Shown: one piece after another, positions 1-7,050 of the stretch
Layout: every line of letters begins with the position of its first letter
Numbering within the stretch: the first letter of the stretch is position 1
NCBI GenBank assembly: GCA_964473665.1
Contig: CAYYPV010000036.1
Location: forward strand, 1 to 40,246
From: an uncultured Candidatus Bathyarchaeia archaeon
Lineage (GTDB): Archaea; Thermoproteota; Bathyarchaeia; RBG-16-48-13; CAYPFQ01
Direction of reading: 5' to 3'
DNA: 40,246 bases
The notes under the pieces: generated by a model
The model's input: only the letters and a program-made list of their open reading frames with translations
The model's database searches: none
Told to the model about the DNA's origin: nothing
Position numbers and translations under genes: made by a program

Positions 1-1279
1 CTGAACCGCGCTCCCTAGCCATAGCAAAGAAAGCCACTGTGCATGTAAGTCCATATAGTAGGAAGGTTCCGATGTTCGATAGCAAAGTAATTGCCGTCAA
101 GTTAGCAAGGGAAAGCACTGCAAGTGCACCTATGACCGCTGATGCAACTGTTAGCACCAAAATCCCGATGTGCGGTATGCCATGTCGCTCACTCAACTTT
201 CTGAATGCCCGAGGCAGTTCGCCATCAAGGGCCATAGCGTAAGAAATTCTGACACCCGTATTCAAACAGGCAAGAGTTGTACCGATCACGGCCGCTGCCA
301 CGATTAGAACAACTACAAGCATGAGTGCAAAACCATTGCCATTCAGCAAAACATTCCCTAGGTTACGCACCATATCTCCCATTGGAGCGCTTGACTGCGC
401 GGCAGCAGCGAATCCGGTAAACGTTTGACCGTTCACAACTATCTTGTAGCTGTTATTAATCCAGGCTTGGATTCCGAAGTACTCGAATAGATAGCAAAAC
501 AGTCCCTGAACCACCAACGCGATAAGTACCCCTAGATAGACATCGCTGGGCTTTTTTGCTTCAGCCATTAAAGCAGTGGCCGATTCAAATCCAACCAGTA
601 ACAGAATAGCAATGGTAGCTTGGAAAAGCACATGACTAGCATTATGAGGCAACATTACGGAGATAACATTTGGAAATAAGAAGTTTACATGCTGTGGGTC
701 CATGAAACGGTAGACCAACGCCATCACAGTAATACCTATCAACATAGCCCATTGTAATACGTTGAGAACAATGTTTACCGCAGTCGATGTGTTAATTCCA
801 CGATAGGCAATTAGGCCGATCATTACTGCGAATAATACTGCAATGCCTATCTGTAAAACAGGTGAGAAATTCAAACCAAACGCCTGGGCGATGAAAGTTA
901 TGAGAACCGCCATGAATGCAACCATTACACCAGGGTAGATCCAGTAATATAGATGAGAAATCCAACCAACGATGAACTTAAATGCACGTGCTACTCGACC
1001 GCTGGTCCCTCGATCCAGAGCCGCCTTTACAGCAAAGTGATAGGAACTTCCAGTTCCTGCATCTACATATCGTCTCGCCAGTAACGAGTATGAAATAGCA
1101 GTAAGAAATGCGATAGCTAGGGCCACTACAAGTCCGAACCATATGTCTGGTGCCGTTGACACTCCTGCAGGGTCTGTCTGTGCTGCCTGTACTTGGTAGG
1201 TAATCCATAGAAAGGCTCCTGGTGCAATTAGAGCCATTGCGTTAATAGTTACGCCTAGGAGGCCCAACGTCCTCTTCAT
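1..1279 (-). CDS. APC-superfamily amino acid/polyamine permease, C-terminal end cut by the window edge
   Basis: Missing from the supplied ORF track because it runs off the edge. My minus-strand translation from the ATG at 1279-1277 gives 426 uninterrupted codons: MKRTLGLLGVTINAMALIAPGAFLWITYQVQ...GFESATALMAEAKKPSDV...RISYAMALDGELPRAFRKLSERHGIPH. It has many TM-length hydrophobic runs and permease-like motifs. An AGGTGA lies about 16 nt upstream. Confidence 0.7.
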   Translation of the reverse strand, partial: MKRTLGLLGVTINAMALIAPGAFLWITYQVQAAQTDPAGVSTAPDIWFGLVVALAIAFLTAISYSLLARRYVDAGTGSSYHFAVKAALDRGTSGRVARAFKFIVGWISHLYYWIYPGVMVAFMAVLITFIAQAFGLNFSPVLQIGIAVLFAVMIGLIAYRGINTSTAVNIVLNVLQWAMLIGITVMALVYRFMDPQHVNFLFPNVISVMLPHNASHVLFQATIAILLLVGFESATALMAEAKKPSDVYLGVLIALVVQGLFCYLFEYFGIQAWINNSYKIVVNGQTFTGFAAAAQSSAPMGDMVRNLGNVLLNGNGFALMLVVVLIVAAAVIGTTLACLNTGVRISYAMALDGELPRAFRKLSERHGIPHIGILVLTVASAVIGALAVLSLANLTAITLLSNIGTFLLYGLTCTVAFFAMARERGS

Positions 1280-1381
1280 ACTTGTACCGTTTTCACCTTT
1301 ACTCACTGAGCGTCACCATAAATTACCCTTGTTGAATGATTTTATATAAATTTAAATGTATTTGAGACAAATTAATAATTT

Positions 1382-1400
1382 TTATGAAAATTTATGAACA
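1382..1400. repeat. Left arm of a 19-bp perfect inverted repeat (TTATGAAAATTTATGAACA)
   Basis: The exact reverse complement occurs at 1784-1802. Neither end can be extended. Confidence 0.9.
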
Positions 1401-1577
1401 AAATTGGACAAATTTTGGTTAAATAATGAACATTTAAACATAAATCCGGTATACTAGAAAAATTCAGCTCTTTTCCTGCGGACAGAAACTGTCATCTATG
1501 AACATCTATACAGCGCTCGATACTTTATCGTCTTTTCAGCAAGCACTCGGCCTCAGACATAGTTTGCTTTGTCAAGG

Positions 1578-1712
1578 TTACAGTTGAGGCCTATCTTTCA
1601 GACCTGCTTCCATCCTTGCCCTCTTACCAGACAAAAAAACGCGATCAACAAAGATCAAAATTAATGAAGTGCCGCCAACGCCAATGACGAATAGAGTTGT
1701 TATGTCTAACAC
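1578..1712 (-). CDS. Possible 44-aa single-TM micro-protein (GTG start)
   Basis: My translation: (M)LDITTLFVIGVGGTSLILIFVDRVFLSGKRARMEAGLKDRPQL. It has a hydrophobic N-terminal helix and a basic tail. It is below the ORF-track size cut-off and I recognise no homology. It lies between the two inverted-repeat arms. Confidence 0.25.
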   Translation of the reverse strand: MLDITTLFVIGVGGTSLILIFVDRVFLSGKRARMEAGLKDRPQL

Positions 1713-1783
1713 TTTTGCTCACCGTACAATTTTACAGTTAAATAACCAATAGACCGCGGGCGAATATAAATATGGTTGAGAAA

Positions 1784-1802
1784 TGTTCATAAATTTTCAT
1801 AA
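1784..1802. repeat. Right arm of the 19-bp perfect inverted repeat (TGTTCATAAATTTTCATAA)
   Basis: Exact reverse complement of 1382-1400. Confidence 0.9.
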
Positions 1803-1930
1803 TAATTAAGAATTGGCATTAATTAGATTTATATTTATGTACGTATATTCATTTTGAAAGGTTATTTGGTGAACATATTGCAAATGATTAAACCGAAGCG
1901 CTTAATAATGAACCCCCTCTTTATTGGACG

Positions 1931-2452
1931 CTTTAAGAAAATCGGAGGGCAGGTTTGGTGATCGGCTGTGGCGCGATTTTTAGCAATTGTAAACATTTTT
2001 GTTGGTTCATCAATCGTAGCTGATGTGATGAACACCCTCGCCCAGATGCCTAATGTTGAGGAAGTTTACGAAGTAACCGGCGAATTTGATATTGTCACGC
2101 TCGTCTCAACAGCCGACATGGATGAGTTTCAAGACTTTTTAGAAAAAAAGATTTTTAAGATACAAGGTATAAGAGGTCTCTGCTATAAGGGGCTTCAGGA
2201 AATCGGAGGTCAAGTTGGGTGATTAGCTTTGGCACGTCTTCTAGCTTTTATAAACATTTTTGTTGCTGCGCCTTCTCTAGGCGAAGTCGTCGATGCCTTA
2301 AGTAAATTGCCTAATGTTGAGGAAGTTTACGAAGTAACCGGCGAATTTGATATTGTCACGCTCGTCTCAACAGCCGACATAGAAGAATTTCGTGACTTTT
2401 TGAAGAACAAAATTCTGAAAATACCGGGGGTACATAGCACAGTAACCTCCAT
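1931..2452 (+). repeat. Tandem duplication, 2 x 261 bp, each unit carrying a leader plus a RAM-domain gene
   Basis: Unit 1 is 1931-2191 and unit 2 is 2192-2452. The leaders align: aaatcggagggcaggtttggtgatcggctGTG versus aaatcggaggtcaagttgggtgattagctTTG. A 72-nt block is 100% identical (2048-2119 = 2309-2380). By eye, the flanks are only about 60-70% identical. Confidence 0.9.
1968..2222 (+). CDS. Stand-alone RAM (Lrp/AsnC ligand-binding) domain protein, copy A, with an aberrant C-terminus
   Basis: GTG start. FLAIVNIFV...MPNVEEVYEVTGEFDIVTLVSTADMDEFQDFLEKKIFKIQGI fits the beta-alpha-beta-beta-alpha part of the RAM fold. The last 14 aa (LCYKGLQEIGGQVG) are encoded by the duplicated leader of copy B rather than by a final beta-strand. 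Confidence 0.6.
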   Translation: MARFLAIVNIFVGSSIVADVMNTLAQMPNVEEVYEVTGEFDIVTLVSTADMDEFQDFLEKKIFKIQGIRGLCYKGLQEIGGQVG

Positions 2453-2522
2453 AGTGCTGCATACCGCCAAAGGCCACAGAAACGTCGCTCGTTCCGCGAC
2501 AACGGATCAAATCTCGCAATAA
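2229..2522 (+). CDS. Stand-alone RAM (Lrp/AsnC ligand-binding) domain protein, copy B, with a complete fold
   Basis: TTG start. LLAFINIFV...LPNVEEVYEVTGEFDIVTLVSTADIEEFRDFLKNKILKIPGVHSTVTSIVLHT gives a full beta-alpha-beta-beta-alpha-beta pattern. There is no HTH domain. Confidence 0.75.
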   Translation: MARLLAFINIFVAAPSLGEVVDALSKLPNVEEVYEVTGEFDIVTLVSTADIEEFRDFLKNKILKIPGVHSTVTSIVLHTAKGHRNVARSATTDQISQ

Positions 2523-2607
2523 TACCCCGATGCATTTCCTAGTGGAGGATGACTTCCTAAACCCATACTTAAGAGATGATGTAAGAGTTCAATGGGACTG
2601 AACATAA

Positions 2608-4284
2608 TTGATCGATCTAATTCAAGTGCTATACGTAATATTGACAATAGCCTTGGTAATTGTATTGGGGCGTCTTATTGCACCCTACATCGTCAGAGTC
2701 TATTCATGTACGCCGAGTCGACTTGACAGAGTATTAAATCCCATCGAGAATACGATTTATAAACTCGCGGGAGTAAATCCAAAAATTTCAATGAATTGGA
2801 AACAATACTTCATTGCGTTGATGCTTGTTAACATTTTCCAAATGGTTGTAGGTTTCTTCATTCTCATTTTTCAGGGAAAACTTCCATTGAATCCTCAAGG
2901 CTTTCCCGGTGTATCATGGCACCTTGCATTTAATACGGTAATCTCGATAGCAACCAATACGAATCTTCAGCATTACAGCGGAGAGACCACTCTTTCATAT
3001 TTGAGTCAAATTGGCACAATTCAGTTTTTACAATTCGCCTCAGCCGCAACAGGAATCTCCGTAGCCATAGCTTTTGTAAGAGGCCTAATCGACGGTTCTA
3101 AAGACTTAGGCAATTTCTACGTCGATTTCGTAAGGTCACTAACCAGAATAATCATCCCAATATGCCTAATAGCAGCCTTAATTTTCATCTTCCTAGGTGT
3201 ACCCCAAACACTCACCGGATATACATCAGTCACCACTTTGGAGGGAGCAAGTCAGCTAGTCCTCGTAGGCCCCGTAGCTTCTTCAATTCCAATCATGCAG
3301 CTGGGTACCAATGGAGGAGGATTTTACGGTGCCAATTCAGCTTATCCATTCCAGAATCCAACTCCCACGACAAATTTTCTTGAAATGATTCTAATGATGC
3401 TCATACCTACGGCACTTTGTTTTGTATATGGAATAATGCTTGGAAAGAAGAAGGAAACCCGCCCCATACTCTGGGCTGCATACGGGCTCTTCGCAATTGA
3501 TCTTGGAATAGCATTCATTCCTCCCCAAGTACTAGTTTCAGGCATGGAAGTTCGATTTGGAGGATTCTTGTCAAACTTCTGGACAGTCATTACAACAGCA
3601 ATGACTACAGGCTCAGTCAACGCTTCACTATCTGCCATGCATCCACTCGTTATACTCTCTGGTTTCATGGGGATGCTAATTCAAGCAACACCTGGAGGAA
3701 AGGGTGTAGGACTAATGTACATGGTGATGTTTGTGGTAATCACTGTATTCGTCGTTGGACTAATGACAGGTAGAACCCCTGAATATCTAGGGGTGAAAAT
3801 AAAAGGAAGAGACGTTCTTCTCGTAATGCTCACCTTCCTAGTGCACCCAATAATCATTCTGATACCTACAGTACTCGCTTACGCAACTGGAGCTGCACAA
3901 GCAATAGGGGTAGGCGGGGGCTCAATCGGTTTCACTCAAATTCTATGGGAGTTCACTTCAGCCGCAGCGAACAATGGCTCAGACTTCCTTGGAGCAACTG
4001 CAAATACACCGTTCTTCAACATATCAACAGCCATAGTAATGTTTGTAGGTCGTTACGTTCCAATTCTCATACTGCTAGCACTTTCAGGCTCAATGATCGG
4101 AAGAAAAAGAAGCCCAGAAGTTGGCTTGAAAACCGACACATTAACCTTTACGATTGTCCTAATAGGAACCATAATAATCCTCGTAGCGTTGACCTTCTTC
4201 CCGTTCATAGTGCTCGGCCCAATATTGTCCTACTTCCAAGGCCATACAACTGGATTCGCATTATTATTTCGGAGGTTAAAATGA
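2608..4284 (+). CDS. kdpA: Potassium-transporting ATPase, K+ channel-like subunit KdpA
   Basis: 558-aa polytopic membrane protein. Motifs NTNLQHYSGE, MQLGTNGGGF, ATPGGKGVG and AANNGS match the KdpA selectivity-filter-like repeats. TTG start. Its stop abuts the kdpB ATG (ATGAATG). Confidence 0.9.
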   Translation: MIDLIQVLYVILTIALVIVLGRLIAPYIVRVYSCTPSRLDRVLNPIENTIYKLAGVNPKISMNWKQYFIALMLVNIFQMVVGFFILIFQGKLPLNPQGFPGVSWHLAFNTVISIATNTNLQHYSGETTLSYLSQIGTIQFLQFASAATGISVAIAFVRGLIDGSKDLGNFYVDFVRSLTRIIIPICLIAALIFIFLGVPQTLTGYTSVTTLEGASQLVLVGPVASSIPIMQLGTNGGGFYGANSAYPFQNPTPTTNFLEMILMMLIPTALCFVYGIMLGKKKETRPILWAAYGLFAIDLGIAFIPPQVLVSGMEVRFGGFLSNFWTVITTAMTTGSVNASLSAMHPLVILSGFMGMLIQATPGGKGVGLMYMVMFVVITVFVVGLMTGRTPEYLGVKIKGRDVLLVMLTFLVHPIIILIPTVLAYATGAAQAIGVGGGSIGFTQILWEFTSAAANNGSDFLGATANTPFFNISTAIVMFVGRYVPILILLALSGSMIGRKRSPEVGLKTDTLTFTIVLIGTIIILVALTFFPFIVLGPILSYFQGHTTGFALLFRRLK

Positions 4285-6441
4285 ATGCCGGATAACAATA
4301 AAAAAGCAAGCCTATGGAAAGACGCGATGTCCAGAAAGACACTGGTCGACTCAGTAGTGCGCCTTAACCCTGTTTCACTCATCAGAAACCCAGTCATGTT
4401 CATAGTTGAATTAACCTTCTTTATCGTTGCAGCCATGGCAATACATCCTCAAGCTTTCCTTCCCGTAGCAAGTACTACAGAGCGAATTTTCTACATAGAA
4501 GTCGCAGCTATACTACTCATCACAGTCTGGTTCAGTACCCTTTCAGACTCCATAGCCGAAACACAGGCTAGAAACACCGCCAGCAGTCTTCGAAAACTCG
4601 AGAAGGAGGCCGTAACCAAGAAAATCGTTAGTAAAGAGAATGAAGGAGGCAGAAAAGCGGAAAGGGAAATCGTCCCTACTCCGTCAAAGCAGCTTCGACA
4701 AGGCGATCTAATCCTACTTGAGAAAGGAGACTTAATTCCAATAGATGCTGAGGTTCTCGAAGGCATCGCAATGGTAGATGAATCTCTACTAACGGGCGAA
4801 TCAGCGCCAGTTAGAAAGGCTCCAACTGATCCTCTGATCGGAGGTTCAAAACTTATCAGCGACACCCTAACCGCTCGGGTAACCGTGAATCCTGAGGACA
4901 GCTTCATCAATCAGATGATTCGATTAGTGGAATCATCGAAAAGGCCGAGAACTCCGAACGAAACAGCGGTCATAATAGTTCTGATAGGTCTCACCGCTAT
5001 CTTTACCATAATCATTTTAGCGCTACTCGGAATATCTGTTGTACTCGGCCTCGGAGCAGACCTCTCAGTTCTCATTGCGCTATACGTCTGTCTTCTGCCC
5101 ACTACAATAGGCGCACTTCTACCAGCGATCGGTCTATCTGGAATGTCTCGATTATATGCTAGAAAAATCGTTGCAAAGTCAGGTAGAGCAATCGAGACAG
5201 CCGGCGATACGGACACAATACTTCTAGACAAAACAGGAACTATAACGGTCGGAAGCAGGCAAGCGGTAGAATTCATACCGTTCGAAGGCCATTCGGAACA
5301 AGAAATCGGAGAATCAGCGTTTCTTTCATCTTGGCATGATGACACTCCAGAAGGGAGAAGCATAATCAGATTAGCTTACAATAAAAGTCTGATACCGAAA
5401 GAGTTGAACGATCTAGCGCTGTCCGAATCTTACGAGTTTTCCGCTACAACCAGAACAAGCGGAGTAAAGTTCACAAAAGGAACTGGTTTCATGCTGCCTA
5501 AAACAGTTAGAGGCCAGCCAGAAAGCGGAAGATTCAGGAGAAAGTCTACGGGTTCTCTGATAAGTTCAATTGAATCTGGGGAAGTTGAGATAATCAAAGG
5601 AGCACCGGATGCAATAAAGCAGATTGCAGAAGAATATCCCGTCGATTTTGACGCTGTCATCAGCAAAATTTCTAATGAAGGCGACAGCCCAATTGTAATC
5701 GCTAAGAATCGTGAAATAATTGGGATAATCCGACTAAGAGATGTTCTGAAAGAGGGCATAAAAGAGAAAATCCACGACCTCAAAGTAATGAACATACGTC
5801 CGGTCATGATAACGGGCGACCACCCGCTAACTGCCAAAAGCATCGCATCGGAAGTTGGAATAGACGATTTCGTGCCTCAAGCCAAGCCGCAGGACAAACA
5901 TAGCATAGTTCTCAGAGAACAAGCCAACAACAGAATAGTCGCAATGATAGGCGACGGAACAAACGACGCCCCAGCTTTAGCCGCTGCCGACGTGGGGCTT
6001 GCTATGAATTCTGGAACGCAAGCTGCAAAAGAAGCCGCGAACATGGTTGACCTCGAATCTAACCCTGCAAAGATCATAGAGGTAGTTATGCTCGGAAAAC
6101 AATTACTAATGACACGAGGCGCAGTAACAACCTTCAGTATCGCAAATGATGTTTCAAAATACTTTGCAATAGTTCCAGTTCTCTTCGCCGTCGTACCTGA
6201 ACTTCACGCCTTGAATATTCTCGGGCTCGGATTACACACAGCAGTGCTCTCTGCATTAATATTTAACGCGGTAATAATCCCGCTTCTAATTCCGTTAGCC
6301 ATGAGGGGGGTCTCTTTTAAACCTTCAAATACGATGACTCTCTTCCTGAAGAACGCGCTCATCTACGGAGTCGGCGGGGTCATAGTACCATTCGTAGGAA
6401 TAAAATTGATCGATATTAGTCTTCTATTGCTGCATGTCTAG
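4285..6441 (+). CDS. kdpB: Potassium-transporting P-type ATPase catalytic subunit KdpB
   Basis: P-type ATPase motifs are present: LTGESAPV, LLDKTGTIT, MITGDHPLTA, GDGTNDAPALA and MNSGTQAAKEAANMVDLESNP. The C-terminal region aligns by eye with E. coli KdpB. Confidence 0.95.
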   Translation: MPDNNKKASLWKDAMSRKTLVDSVVRLNPVSLIRNPVMFIVELTFFIVAAMAIHPQAFLPVASTTERIFYIEVAAILLITVWFSTLSDSIAETQARNTASSLRKLEKEAVTKKIVSKENEGGRKAEREIVPTPSKQLRQGDLILLEKGDLIPIDAEVLEGIAMVDESLLTGESAPVRKAPTDPLIGGSKLISDTLTARVTVNPEDSFINQMIRLVESSKRPRTPNETAVIIVLIGLTAIFTIIILALLGISVVLGLGADLSVLIALYVCLLPTTIGALLPAIGLSGMSRLYARKIVAKSGRAIETAGDTDTILLDKTGTITVGSRQAVEFIPFEGHSEQEIGESAFLSSWHDDTPEGRSIIRLAYNKSLIPKELNDLALSESYEFSATTRTSGVKFTKGTGFMLPKTVRGQPESGRFRRKSTGSLISSIESGEVEIIKGAPDAIKQIAEEYPVDFDAVISKISNEGDSPIVIAKNREIIGIIRLRDVLKEGIKEKIHDLKVMNIRPVMITGDHPLTAKSIASEVGIDDFVPQAKPQDKHSIVLREQANNRIVAMIGDGTNDAPALAAADVGLAMNSGTQAAKEAANMVDLESNPAKIIEVVMLGKQLLMTRGAVTTFSIANDVSKYFAIVPVLFAVVPELHALNILGLGLHTAVLSALIFNAVIIPLLIPLAMRGVSFKPSNTMTLFLKNALIYGVGGVIVPFVGIKLIDISLLLLHV

Positions 6442-6453
6442 GAGGATTCCAAA

Positions 6454-6891
6454 TTGAACATAAAAAATTACGGTGTCGCATTGAGACTCGCTTTAATTTC
6501 ACTAATAATATGTGGATTGCTGTTTCCCTTTGTAGTGACTGGATTTGCACAAACTCTGTTTCCATATCAAGCAAACGGAGAGATAATACACTTCAACGGA
6601 CATAATATCGGTTCAAACCTGATCGCCCAAAACTTCACTTCTCCAATGTTCTTTCACCCGAGGAACGATTCAGCCTCAGGCGTAGACCCCGACATCACAA
6701 TCCAAGATGCTTATTCCCAGATTCCTAGAATAAACGCAGCTACAGGCATTTCATCAGACGCCCTTACGAATCTAGTCGATGCAAATGTTGAAAGAACAAT
6801 GTGGATTGTAGGAGATAAATATGTTAACGTGCTCAAACTCAATCTGCTTTTAATTCAAGACTATCCATCAGTCTACAAACAATACACCTAA
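6454..6891 (+). CDS. kdpC: KdpC subunit, unusually short at 145 aa
   Basis: TTG start preceded by GGAGG. It has an N-terminal TM helix followed by FPYQANGE, IGSNLIAQNF, FHPR, SASGVDPDIT and VNVLKLNLLL, all of which match conserved KdpC blocks. Confidence 0.8.
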   Translation: MNIKNYGVALRLALISLIICGLLFPFVVTGFAQTLFPYQANGEIIHFNGHNIGSNLIAQNFTSPMFFHPRNDSASGVDPDITIQDAYSQIPRINAATGISSDALTNLVDANVERTMWIVGDKYVNVLKLNLLLIQDYPSVYKQYT

Positions 6892-7050
6892 ACCCCTACT
6901 GATTATGCAGCGAAACACGCAAAATATGCCAAAAGTGAAAGCTAAAATTAATGCAAGTCAATCTTACTAAAAATTCGGTTTAAGATTGAACGTAAACATA
7001 TTAACGATACACATGAATATTCGTGATAAGTGAGGCTGCCGTATAATCCA

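Noticed and set aside
1370-1814. Target-site duplication flanking the 19-bp inverted repeats, which would support a MITE.
   Set aside because: The flanks are AATTT on the left and TAATT on the right. They are similar only because both are AT-rich and do not form a clean direct repeat. The MITE idea is kept as an alternative hypothesis, not as a called mobile element.
2530-2601. A 23-aa ORF in the kdpA leader, considered as a possible KdpF.
   Set aside because: Its translation, MHFLVEDDFLNPYLRDDVRVQWD, is acidic and hydrophilic. KdpF is a single hydrophobic TM helix.
2574-2601. Possible C/D-box sRNA signatures: GATGATGT...CTGA in the kdp leader and GGTGATGTG at 25441.
   Set aside because: The C boxes are imperfect (UGAUGU), no paired C'/D' boxes were found, and the spacing is wrong at about 22 nt. 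I saw no convincing C/D or H/ACA candidate in any intergenic gap.
4491-6077. A chain of minus-strand ORFs (139, 150, 137 and 66 aa) antisense to kdpB.
   Set aside because: They lie entirely inside a CDS with unambiguous P-type ATPase motifs. Their translations are Ser/Arg/Pro-rich low-complexity sequence with no recognisable family, which is typical of antisense frame artefacts.
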